Shown here one piece after another: positions 1 to 8,458 of a stretch of DNA of 22,117 bases. Source of the DNA: an uncultured delta proteobacterium (lineage in GTDB: Bacteria; Myxococcota; Myxococcia; Myxococcales; Anaeromyxobacteraceae); the NCBI GenBank assembly GCA_963814585.1, contig CAWFDF010000001.1, positions 1-22,117 of the forward strand. The letters are read 5' to 3'. The translations under genes were made by a program, and so were the position numbers. The number at the start of each line of letters is the position of its first letter. The first letter of the stretch is position 1. The notes under the pieces are model-generated. The model made no database searches, was not told where the DNA came from, and saw only the letters and a list, made by a program, of their open reading frames with translations.

Positions 1-199
1 CCAGCTCCGCGGCCGCGGCCAGCAGGGCCGGGAAGGCCGTGACCGTGATGGCCGCCAGGGTGGTGAGCAGCCAGGCCAGGCTGTCGCGCACCGAGAGCCG
101 CTGCGTCCGGATTAGCTGGATCACCCAGGCCAGGAACGAGACCAGCACGGCCAGGGAGAGGAGCTGGAGCTCGAGGGGGAGGAAGGACGGAGCGTTCAT
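1..199 (-). CDS. DUF2304-family small membrane protein (3' end runs off the window)
   Basis: Not in the ORF track. ATG at 199 overlaps the GT2 stop (ATGA). Manual translation MNAPSFLPLELQLLSLAVLVSFLAWVIQLIRTQRLSVRDSLAWLLTTLAAITVTAFPALL... shows the TM-IRxxRLxxRxSLxW-TM pattern of DUF2304, a family commonly found right after DPM1-like GT2 genes. Confidence 0.7.
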   Translation of the reverse strand, partial: MNAPSFLPLELQLLSLAVLVSFLAWVIQLIRTQRLSVRDSLAWLLTTLAAITVTAFPALLAAAAEL

Positions 200-889
200 G
201 GCGACGCCTCGGGGGAGCGGACGGTCAGGCCCCGGACCGGGAGGAAGAGCAGGGCCAGCGACACCTTGGCCAGGTAGTAGAGGGAGCGGAGCGCGGTGAT
301 CGAGGAGCTGCCGTGGATCCGCTCGCGCATCCTCACCGGCACCTCCACGACGCGCAGGCCGGCGCGGTGGGCCACCGCGATTGACTCCGGCTCCGGGTAG
401 TCGGAGGGGTAGGCGCGGGCGAAGAGCAGGATGGCGGCGCGGTTCGCGGCGCGGAAGCCGCTGGTCGGGTCGGTGACGCGCACGCCGCACCGCAGCCGCA
501 GGAACCAGGACAGGTAGCGGATCCCGACGCGTCGCGCGGCGGTGGAGCGGAAGCCGCCCGGCGCCAGGAAGCGCGAGCCGGTGACGAGGTCGGCGCGCGC
601 CGCGTCGCAGGATGGCGCCCAGGAGCGCCTCGGCAGGTCCGCTCGTGATCGTGCTGGCCGTCGCCGTCGAGCTGGACGGCCGCGTCCGCGGCTCGGTCCC
701 GGGCCAGCAGGTAGCCAGCCTGGACGGCGCCGCCGATGCCCAGGTTGACGGGGAGTCGAAGCACCACCACGCCGGACCGGGCGGCCACGTCGGCGGTGGC
801 GTCGGTGCTCCCATCGTCGACCACGCAGGCGGTGGCCTCGGGCACCTCCCGACCCAGCGCGGCCAGCAGGGCGGGGAGGGTGGTGGCCT
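196..889 (-). CDS. Glycosyltransferase family 2, DPM1-like (polyprenol-phosphate sugar synthase type); 5' end missing, indels near 600-650
   Basis: Joined ORFs 333..845 and 196..483 give VVDDGSTD, NLGIGGAVQAG, QLDGDGQH (DxD), DLVTGSRF, VTDPTSGFRA, YPEPE and VVEVPVRMRERxxGxSSI. The expected N-terminal IPAYNE strand and start codon are absent; an in-frame TAG lies at 897-899. Confidence 0.85.
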
Positions 890-1900
890 TGGTGGGCTAC
901 GAGCTGTGGCGCGACGCCAACCTGGTGGCGAGGCCGGCCGGAACCACGGCCACCATCGACGGGTTCACCGCCGCCACCCGCGCCTGCTTCACCGTGGTCG
1001 CCCTGGACAAGGCCGGCAATCGCTCCGGGCCGAGCGAGCCGGCCTGCGCCACCACCCTGGACCTGACGCCGCCCACCTCACCGCTGCAGCTCACCGCCCG
1101 TGCCGCGAGCGACCGCCGCATCGAGCTGGGCTGGATGCCGGCCAGCGACAACGTCGGGGTCACGGCCTACCAGGTGGTGCGGGGCGGCAAGGCCCTCGCC
1201 ACCGTCCCGGAGCTGCAGTGGGCCGACGAGAAGGCCGCGCCCGCCGTCCGCGCCTGCTACGTGGTCCACGCCCTGGACGCCGCCGGCAACAGGTCGAAGC
1301 CGGGCAACGAGGCCTGCGCCTATGCCCCCGGACCTGACGCCGCCCACCATCCCGGGCAGCCCGGCCGCCCGGGCGCTCTCCTTCGACACCGTCGTCCTCG
1401 CGTGGAACCCGTCCCGCGACGACGTGGGCGTGACCGCCTACGAGGTGGTGCTCAAGGGGCGCAAGCCCTTCCGCGTGGCCAAGCCGCCGGCGACCGCCGC
1501 GGGCCTGGCGCCAGTGACCGAGTACTGCCTCCAGGTCCGAGCACTCGACGCCGCGGGGAAACGCATCGGAGCTTACCGGCCCGTCGTGCGCCACCACGGC
1601 GGTGGCCGGTGCCCCGCGGGCCATCGAGGACCTCCAGCCGATGGCCGACGGCGGCAGGCTCACCCTGCACTGGACCGCCTCGACCACGCCCGGCGTGATC
1701 TACCTGGTCACGGTGGACGGCGGCGCGTCCCTCGGTGCGAGCGTCGAGCCGTCGTTCCGAGTGGTGGGGCTGAAGCCCGGGGAGCGTCGCTGCTTCCAGG
1801 TCACGGCCCAGGATCCGTCTGGGCGCGAGTCACCGCGCTCCCAGGAAGCTCTCGTGTCGCCGGCCCCGGAGGCGTGGCAGCCCCGGCCGGCAGCCGATGA
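890..1900 (+). CDS. Fibronectin type III repeat protein, about 4 domains visible; 5' truncated, frameshifts near 1325, 1580 and 1850
   Basis: Repeating unit DLTPPTxP...LxW.xS.DxVGVTAYxV...CxxVxAxDxAGNxS across ORFs 736..1698, 1100..1900 and 1602..2012. End placed at TGA 1898-1900 because lower-GC, promoter-like sequence follows; the end is uncertain. Confidence 0.75.
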
Positions 1901-2026
1901 GGAAGCGGATGTTCATGCAGGAGATTCTTGCGCTGGATGCGCGCACGTGCGCACCTGTTGCACCTCGGGTCGAAGGCGAGGACGGACAAGCAACCGTACC
2001 TCGGTCGGGTAGGCGCGCACGGCTCC

Positions 2027-2042
2027 CGGCATGTGTTGTGCA
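2027..2042 (+). promoter_or_regulatory. Candidate sigma54 (-24/-12) promoter of the first chaperone gene
   Basis: CGGCATGTGTTGTGCA fits GG-N10-GC and the consensus TGGCACG-N4-TTGCW. It ends 34 nt before ATG 2076, with SD GGAG at 2064-2067. Confidence 0.55.
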
Positions 2043-2075
2043 CAGGCCCAAGCCTCAACTCCCGGAGAGTCCTGG

Positions 2076-3666
2076 ATGATCCTGACAGTCCTGAGCCTGG
2101 TGCTCGCACTGACGCCCCCCGACGCCGTGGTCGCCCGTGTGAACGGCGAGGCCATCACGGCGGCCTTCGTCACGACCCGGATGACCGGCACCCGCACCAG
2201 TCCCCAGGTGGCGGCCGACGACCTGATTGCCGAGGTGCTCCTCGGCGTCGAGGGGGCGAAGCTGGGCGTGAAGGCGCCGGCGACCGCAGCCCCGGCCATC
2301 GACCTGGCCCGCCGGAGCGCCGCCGTCGAGCGGTACCTCCAGGTGGTGGTCTTCCCGGGCGTGCAGGTCCCCGAGGCCGACCTCCGCGAGCGCTTCCAGC
2401 CAGCGCGGCGACCAGGTCCGGCTGCTCCTGGTGGCCCGACCGGACGAGGCGCAGGCCAGGGCCACCCTGGCGCGGATCGCCGCGGGCGCCAGCTTCGCGG
2501 ACGAGGCCGCGACCTCGGTGGACCCGACCTCCAAGGCAAAGAAGGGAGACCTGGGCTGGCTGCCGCGCTCGGCGCTCTCCGCGGGCCTGGCCAAGGAGGC
2601 CTTCGTCGCGCCCATCGGAAAGGTGCAGGGCCCGGTCCTCGCCGAGGGCGCCTGGAGCGTCTACCTGGTGCAGGACCGGCGCCTGCCGGACGACGCGGCC
2701 TACGGCCTGGTGAAGGACCGGCTCCGCGCCGACCTCGAGCCCCAGGCCCGCTCCGCCGCCGCGGAGAAGCACCGGGCGAAGCTCGTCGCCGACCTCAAGG
2801 GCCGCGTGGACCAGAAGGCCATCGCCGCCACCGGTGACGGGCTCCAGGCCACGCCCGAGCAGTCCGCCAAGGTGGTGGCCAGCGCCGGCGGCGTCACCGT
2901 CACCTACGGCCAGGTGCTCAAGGAGCTGGGGGGCGGCCACGGCGGCGCCGGTGGATCCGGTCGCGCCTCGCCGGAGGTGAAGGCCACGCTCGCCCAGGAC
3001 CTGCTGGGGCGGGCCGTGCTCGAGCAGGCCGCCATGAAGCGCTTCTCGAAGGACCCGGCGGTCCAGGCGGCTGCGGCCAGGGCCGAGCGCGCCGCGGTCG
3101 CCGTCGCCTACGCCGAGAAGCTGCGCCGCGAGGCTCCCGGGCCCAGCACGGCCGAGGTGGAGGGACGGTACGAGGCCCGCAAGCGCGACTTCATGACCCC
3201 CGGCGGCCGGCGCTGCTTCCAGCTGGTCGCGCCGACGGAGGACGGCGTGAAGAAGCTGGCGGCCCGGGTCGCCGCGGGAGAGGACTTCGCCAAGGTGGCC
3301 GCCGACAGCTCGGATCGCCGCAGCGCCGCCAAGGGCGGCGAGGTCGGCTTCATCACCGACGACGAGATCGCGCGGGTCGAGCGGCCGGATGGCGAGCCGG
3401 CGCTGGCGGCCGCGGTGCTGGGCACGCCGGCCGGGCAGCTGAGCAAGCCCATCAGGACCGCCGCCGGCTACCGGGTGATGCGCTGCGAGGCCCACGTCCC
3501 GGCCAAGGGGGCCACGCTGGACGAGGTGCGCCACCGGATCACCATGGAGCTGAAGGGCGAACGCTCCGTCGCTGCGGTCCGCCAGCGGGCCGCGGCGCTG
3601 CGGGAGAAGGCCACCGTCCAGGTCGACGAGGCCGCGCTCACCGCCATGGTCCCTCCCAAGAAGTGA
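2076..3666 (+). CDS. Periplasmic PrsA/SurA-type chaperone with two parvulin (PpiC) domains; one frameshift near 2400; OscH-like
   Basis: Signal-like MILTVLSLVLAL, then VVARVNGEAIT. After the shift: GASFADEAATSVDPTSKAKKGDLGWL and GEDFAKVAADSSDRRSAAKGGEVGFI...GQLSKPIRTAAGY, ending in LREKATVQVD. Confidence 0.85.
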
Positions 3667-3667
3667 G

Positions 3668-3705
3668 GCTGGGTGATCTCGCCCATGGCTGGGGGATTTG
3701 CCGCT
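3668..3705. promoter_or_regulatory. Putative tandem activator (bEBP) binding sites
   Basis: Palindrome TGGGTGATCTCGCCCA (3670-3685) and a degenerate copy TGGGGGATTTGCCGCT 20 bp later. Same motif and spacing as at 8171 and 8191. Confidence 0.5.
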
Positions 3706-3756
3706 ATCCTCACCGTTGCCGGTCGGCCAACCACCTGATAGGGCTGGCCATGTCGG

Positions 3757-3772
3757 TGGCACCACGAATGCT
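3757..3772 (+). promoter_or_regulatory. Sigma54 (-24/-12) promoter of the 42-heme cytochrome
   Basis: TGGCACCACGAATGCT: exact TGGCAC, GG-N10-GC spacing, intergenic and correctly oriented. Confidence 0.7.
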
Positions 3773-3868
3773 GTGAAGCGAACGGCTCCATCCTTCTCCG
3801 ACCCCGCTGGCGGCTCTCCCCCCCGGGAGCCGCGTCCGCGGCCGCGAGCACCAGGACCCGAGGAACGA

Positions 3869-6800
3869 ATGCCCGACCGCTCTCCCTTGATGCTCCACGC
3901 TGGTCCGAAGCCCGGCGGGCGCGGACCCCACGGCGCCACGCTCCTCCCGCTGGCCATCCTCGCCGCGGCGGCGCTGGCCCTGGGCGGGTGCTCCACGGGC
4001 GCCGGTGCCCGCGGCGGCGGCGCCGGCGGGGGCGGGCGGAAGGTGGCCGCCAAGGAGTGCGTGGCCTGCCACGCGGCGACGCTGAAGCAGCAGGAGCGGA
4101 AGCTCACCCACAAGCCCTTCGCGGACGCCAAGGGGTGCGAGTCCTGCCACCGCCGCCACGGCATCGTCGGCGTCAACGTGCTCCAGAAGGAGGAGCCGGA
4201 GCTCTGCTTCGGCTGCCACGAGAAGCAGAAGAAGGAGTTCGGGCAGGGCGTGGTGCACGAGGCCATCCGCGGGACCGGCAAGGCCAAGTGCACCTCGTGC
4301 CACGCGGCCCACGCCTCCGACCTGCCGAGCCTGATGCGGGTCTCGACCAACGAGGCCTGCGCCACCTGCCACAAGAAGGCGCAGCTGCAGGGGGCCAAGG
4401 TCCACGCGCCGGCCGCCAAGGACTGCGGCACGTGCCACACGCCGCACGCCAGCCCCCAGAAGCGGCTGCTGGTGAAGGAGGAGAAGGCGCTCTGCGGCGG
4501 CTGCCACGAGGCGGGCGACGCCAGGATGAAGAAGGCGCACGGTGGCCTCCCGGTGGCCAGCGCCAGCTGCGTCCAGTGCCACTCGCCGCACTCCGCCGCC
4601 GCCGCCGGCGGGCTGCTGCCGAGCGTCCACGCGGTCGGCTCGGACTGCGCCGAGTGCCACACCGGCGGCTCGGACAAGGCCAAGCCCTTCGCCGTCAAGA
4701 AGGCAGCGCCGGAGCTCTGCTTCGGCTGCCACGACGCCCAGCAGGCCGACCTCAAGAAGAAGGTGGTCCACCCGCCGGCCGAGGGCTGCACCGACTGCCA
4801 CTCGCCCCATGCCGCCAAGGGGCCCAAGCTCCTCGTCCAGGGGGTCCGCGAGACCTGCGCCGGGTGCCACGAGCCCATCGCCGCGAAGCTGGCGACCAGG
4901 CCCCACGCTCCGGCCCGGGACGGAAAGTGCGCGTCCTGCCACGCGCCGCACGGCTCGGACAACAAGCGGCTCCTGGTCGCCACCGGCCCGGCGCTCTGCA
5001 CCGGCTGCCACCAGGCCGCCGCCGAGTGGCTCAAGGCCAAGGTGGTCCACGCCCCGGCCCGGTCCGGCGACTGCGGCGGCTGCCACGATCCGCACGGCTC
5101 GCCCAATGGCAAGCTGCTGGTCAAGGGGGCCGGCGAGCTGTGCTACGGCTGCCACCAGAAGCAGAAGGAGGCCTTCACCGGCGACAACCTCCACCGCCCG
5201 GTCCGCGAGGGCCAGTGCGCCGCCTGCCACCAGCCGCACGGCTCGGCGCAGGCCAAGCTCCTGAACGTCCCGGCGGCGCGGCTCTGCGACGGCTGCCACG
5301 CCTTCGACAAGCGCTACGAGAAGACCAAGCTCCACGCCCCGCTCGCCAGCGGCGGCTGCTCCGCCTGCCATGACCCCCACGTGGCCGGCCAGCCCAAGCT
5401 CCTCAAGTCCCCGGTCGCCAGCCTCTGCGCCGGGTGCCACGAGAAGGTGCCCAAGGGGCTCGACGCCAAGGGGATCGTCTCCTCCCACCGGCCGGTCCGC
5501 AACGGCGAGTGCACCGCCTGCCACGAGCCACACGGCTCGAAGGACAAGGCCTTCCTGAAGAAGGGGCGGCTGGAGGTCTGCGGCGACTGCCACGGCGAGC
5601 TGGTGAAGCGGCTGGCGCGCCGGGACGCCCCCAGCCACGCTCCGGCCCGGGACGGCGACTGCGACGCCTGCCACGCCGGTCATGCCTCGGCCCAGCCGTC
5701 GCTGCTGCTGAAGGCCGGGAAGCAGCTCTGCCTCGAGTGCCACGACGCCAAGGACGCGGCGCTGGTCAAGACCCACTCCGGCTACGACATCGACGGGAGC
5801 TCCTGCCTCGGCTGCCACGATCCCCACTACGGCGACCGGAAGGGGCTGATCCGCCGCGTCGGCCACTCGCCCTTCGTCAACCGGGACTGTGGCTCCTGCC
5901 ACGTCCAGCCCAAGCCCGGCGGCAGCGAGCCGAAGACCGTGGCCTCCGGCCGCGCGCTCTGCGAGGTCTGCCACGGCGACACCCGCACCAGCTTCGCCAA
6001 GAAGTTCGTCCACACCGCCGTGAAGCAGGAGCGCTGCGGTGCCTGCCACGCCCCGCACGCCTCCTCCTCCGACAAGCTCCTCTCCAGGACCGGCGGGGCC
6101 CTCTGCTACACCTGCCACGACCCCAAGGCCTTCCAGAAGAAGGAGATGCACGCCCCGGTCAAGGCCGGGGAGTGCCTCAAGTGCCACTATCCGCACGCCT
6201 CCGACGCCAAGGGCGTGCTGGTCAGGACCGGCAATGAGCTCTGCCTGGGCTGCCACGCCGAGCAGAAGCGCGAGCTGGCGTCGAAGCACGTCCACGCCGC
6301 CGTCACCGGCGGGGCCTGCACCGACTGCCACGACCCGCACGGCTCTCCATACCCGGCCATGCTGGTCTCGTCGCGCGAGAAGCTCTGCCTCAAGTGCCAC
6401 GACACCAAGGCCCCGGCCATCCAGGCGGCGCACCAGCGCTTCCCCCTGGCCGGGGTGGACTGCGCCTCCTGCCACAACCCGCACGGCTCCAGCCAGGCCG
6501 GGCTGATCCGCTCCAACAAGCACCAGGTGTTCGGCGCCTGCGCCCGCTGCCACGCCACCACCGGCGCCAAGCCCCAGGCGCTCCTGGCCCAGAGCCCCGC
6601 CCTCTGCTTCCGCTGCCACGGCGACAAGAAGACCGAGGTCTCCGCCAAGACCGGCGTGCACGCCGCCGCCCAGGGCGACTGCACCGACTGCCACACGCCC
6701 CACGCCTCCAACGAGAAGGGGCTGGTCAAGGGCAACAAGGAGCGAGCCGTCTGCCTCGGCTGCCACGATGGGATCAAGGGCGACCTGGAGCGGTCCAAGT

Positions 6801-7141
6801 CGATCCACCCGGTCAAGGCTGCCGGCGGCCGCTGCACCGCCTGCCACCGCCCCCACTCCTCGAGCCAGGTCCGCCTGCTCAGCCAGCCCGCCGGCGAGCT
6901 CTGCCAGACCTGCCACAAGACGCACGCCCAGTTCACCCACCCCATCGGCAAGGGCGTGACCGACCCGAACACCGGCAAGGACATGAACTGCCTCTCCTGC
7001 CACGGTCCCCACGGGACCAGCCAGGATCACATCCTGCTCGGCAACCCGGCCCGCGGGCTCTGCATCCGCTGCCACGACGCCGACTCCGAGGACATGAAGG
7101 GGATGCGCAAGCCGAAGCCCGCAGGGCCAGCGGGAGGCTAG
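3869..7141 (+). CDS. Giant multiheme cytochrome c lipoprotein, 42 CxxCH motifs (paired-CxxCH repeats), about 1090 aa
   Basis: Intact ORF; 42 CxxCH counted by hand. Hydrophobic signal ends in lipobox LGG-C (Cys at 3989-3991), followed by a Gly-rich tether. Start at ATG 3869 (SD GAGG at 3860-3863); ATG 3890 is an alternative. Confidence 0.95.
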   Translation: MPDRSPLMLHAGPKPGGRGPHGATLLPLAILAAAALALGGCSTGAGARGGGAGGGGRKVAAKECVACHAATLKQQERKLTHKPFADAKGCESCHRRHGIVGVNVLQKEEPELCFGCHEKQKKEFGQGVVHEAIRGTGKAKCTSCHAAHASDLPSLMRVSTNEACATCHKKAQLQGAKVHAPAAKDCGTCHTPHASPQKRLLVKEEKALCGGCHEAGDARMKKAHGGLPVASASCVQCHSPHSAAAAGGLLPSVHAVGSDCAECHTGGSDKAKPFAVKKAAPELCFGCHDAQQADLKKKVVHPPAEGCTDCHSPHAAKGPKLLVQGVRETCAGCHEPIAAKLATRPHAPARDGKCASCHAPHGSDNKRLLVATGPALCTGCHQAAAEWLKAKVVHAPARSGDCGGCHDPHGSPNGKLLVKGAGELCYGCHQKQKEAFTGDNLHRPVREGQCAACHQPHGSAQAKLLNVPAARLCDGCHAFDKRYEKTKLHAPLASGGCSACHDPHVAGQPKLLKSPVASLCAGCHEKVPKGLDAKGIVSSHRPVRNGECTACHEPHGSKDKAFLKKGRLEVCGDCHGELVKRLARRDAPSHAPARDGDCDACHAGHASAQPSLLLKAGKQLCLECHDAKDAALVKTHSGYDIDGSSCLGCHDPHYGDRKGLIRRVGHSPFVNRDCGSCHVQPKPGGSEPKTVASGRALCEVCHGDTRTSFAKKFVHTAVKQERCGACHAPHASSSDKLLSRTGGALCYTCHDPKAFQKKEMHAPVKAGECLKCHYPHASDAKGVLVRTGNELCLGCHAEQKRELASKHVHAAVTGGACTDCHDPHGSPYPAMLVSSREKLCLKCHDTKAPAIQAAHQRFPLAGVDCASCHNPHGSSQAGLIRSNKHQVFGACARCHATTGAKPQALLAQSPALCFRCHGDKKTEVSAKTGVHAAAQGDCTDCHTPHASNEKGLVKGNKERAVCLGCHDGIKGDLERSKSIHPVKAAGGRCTACHRPHSSSQVRLLSQPAGELCQTCHKTHAQFTHPIGKGVTDPNTGKDMNCLSCHGPHGTSQDHILLGNPARGLCIRCHDADSEDMKGMRKPKPAGPAGG

Positions 7142-7143
7142 GC

Positions 7144-8124
7144 GTGCGGCTCGGCGCGGTCGGCTCCGTCGGCCTCATCCTGGCGGCGCTGGCGGCGCCC
7201 GGCCGAGCCAGCGACCTGGAGGCCGGCTCGCCGCTGGCGGTGGAGGAGCTGGCCCCGGTCGCCATCACCTACGGCCACTTCTACGAGGGCGCCTTCCAGG
7301 GGCCGACCGGCGTGACCTGCGACGCCCGCAGCGGCGAGATGTACGTGGCCGACGCGGGCCGCGGGCTGATCGGCATCTTCGACCGGAAGGGCGCCCCGCT
7401 CTTCACCTTCGGCGACCCCGGCCGGCTCCGGGTCCCGGTCAAGGCCGTGGTCGATGGCCAGGGCCGGATTGTCGTCCTCGACTCCGCCGACCGGCGGCGG
7501 CTGCGGCTCTACAGCTATCGCGGCGAGTTCCGCACCTTCCTGGCGCTGGAGGGGCTGGACGCCAAGCCCAACCTCGCCATCACGGCCATCGCCGTGGACG
7601 CCCTGGGGAACCTGCTGGTCGGCGACTCGGGCCACGGCGAGGTGCTGGTGTTCGACCCGAAGGGGCGGCTCCTGTTCCGCTTCGGCAACAAGGGCAAGGG
7701 GCCGAACGAGTTCGACTCGATCATGGGGATTGCCGCCACCGCCGACCGGATCTTCGTCTCGGACAGCGCGGGGATCGGCGTTCAGGTCTTCGACCGGCGC
7801 GGCCGCTACCTGCGCGGCTGGGGACGCCACGAGGCCGGGCGCGAGAACGTCTCCTTCCCGCACGGCATCAGCGTGGACGGGAAGGGCCGGATCGCGCTGG
7901 TGGACTCGCTGCGCCACGAGATCAAGCTCTACGCGCCGGACGGCAAGATGATCGGCCAGTACGGCGGCGCCGGCCAGCGCCCGGGCGAGGTCCTCTACCC
8001 CGCCGACGCCTCCTTCGACGGCGAGGGGCGGCTCTGCCTGGCGGACCGCGGCAACGACCGCGTGCAGGTCCTCCAGCCGCGCGAGCCGCCGCCGCCCAGG
8101 CCGGAGCCGAAGCCGGCGCCGTGA
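7144..8124 (+). CDS. Secreted NHL-repeat six-bladed beta-propeller protein, 326 aa
   Basis: GTG 7144 with SD GGGAGG and a signal peptide. Repeats FQGPTGVTCD..MYVAD, AIAVDALGNLLVGDS, FPHGISVDGKGRIALVDS and YPADASFDGEGRLCLADRGNDRVQV. This is the 3' part of ORF 6394..8124. Confidence 0.9.
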   Translation: MRLGAVGSVGLILAALAAPGRASDLEAGSPLAVEELAPVAITYGHFYEGAFQGPTGVTCDARSGEMYVADAGRGLIGIFDRKGAPLFTFGDPGRLRVPVKAVVDGQGRIVVLDSADRRRLRLYSYRGEFRTFLALEGLDAKPNLAITAIAVDALGNLLVGDSGHGEVLVFDPKGRLLFRFGNKGKGPNEFDSIMGIAATADRIFVSDSAGIGVQVFDRRGRYLRGWGRHEAGRENVSFPHGISVDGKGRIALVDSLRHEIKLYAPDGKMIGQYGGAGQRPGEVLYPADASFDGEGRLCLADRGNDRVQVLQPREPPPPRPEPKPAP

Positions 8125-8168
8125 TCCACGGCGGGCCCCTGGATCGGGGCACCCAGGTCAATTTTCCT

Positions 8169-8239
8169 GCTGGGCCAAAACACCCGGTGCTGGGGCACAA
8201 GACCCGCCCGGTGGCCAGCCCTGTGGGCCAAAGCACCCG
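8169..8239. promoter_or_regulatory. Three imperfect palindromic repeats, putative bEBP enhancer sites
   Basis: TGGGCCAAAACACCCG (8171), TGGGGCACAAGACCCG (8191) and TGGGCCAAAGCACCCG (8224), lying 87-140 bp upstream of the sigma54 element. Confidence 0.6.
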
Positions 8240-8310
8240 AAGCGCTGCCGGTGTGCGGATCTGTCGTCGGATTTCTCCAGCGATTCCAGGTCGGTCCGGG
8301 TCGGTCCGGT

Positions 8311-8326
8311 TGGCACTCCCGATGCT
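8311..8326 (+). promoter_or_regulatory. Sigma54 (-24/-12) promoter of the omcS-like operon
   Basis: TGGCACTCCCGATGCT with GG-N10-GC spacing, inside a 334-bp intergenic region. Confidence 0.75.
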
Positions 8327-8458
8327 AAGGACCCACATCACGAACTCACCAGATGGTCGACGTGGACCGGCGGAGCTCGCCGGGCAGCAGAGCAGGCAGG
8401 GGAAGTCCGTCGCAGCCAATCGCGCAGTGAACCAGACGCCAACCGGAGTCCAACCACC

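Noticed and set aside
1925..1965. CAGCAH and CC residues at the end of ORF 1602..2012 as a heme or metal site
   Set aside because: Not a CxxCH motif, atypical codon usage, and the stretch looks like regulatory intergenic DNA read through after a frameshift.
3698..3868. ORF-track N-terminal extension of the 42-heme cytochrome
   Set aside because: It contains the sigma54 promoter and enhancer-like sites, and would put the lipoprotein signal about 80 residues from the start.
2170..7075. Very long minus-strand ORFs 3710..7075 (1121 aa) and 2170..5124 (984 aa)
   Set aside because: Antisense shadows of strongly GC3-biased genes. Their repeats (VAAAAE, WQxxQ) are just reverse complements of CxxCH codons.
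4050..7080. Periodic TGCCAC recurrences as a CRISPR array or DNA tandem repeat
   Set aside because: They are in-frame Cys-His codons of heme motifs; there is no conserved 25-40 bp repeat.
8289..8308. Tandem GGTCGGTCCG x2 just upstream of the -24 element
   Set aside because: Only two short GC-rich copies; could be chance or consensus stutter, and there is no counterpart at the other promoters.
8337..8458. Possible cyclic-dinucleotide (GEMM-I) riboswitch in the long omcS-like leader, as found upstream of Geobacter omcS
   Set aside because: Only a simple hairpin CCGGCG-GAGCT-CGCCGG is visible, with no GAAA tetraloop/receptor or GCAAA-type core. An Infernal scan against Rfam would be decisive.
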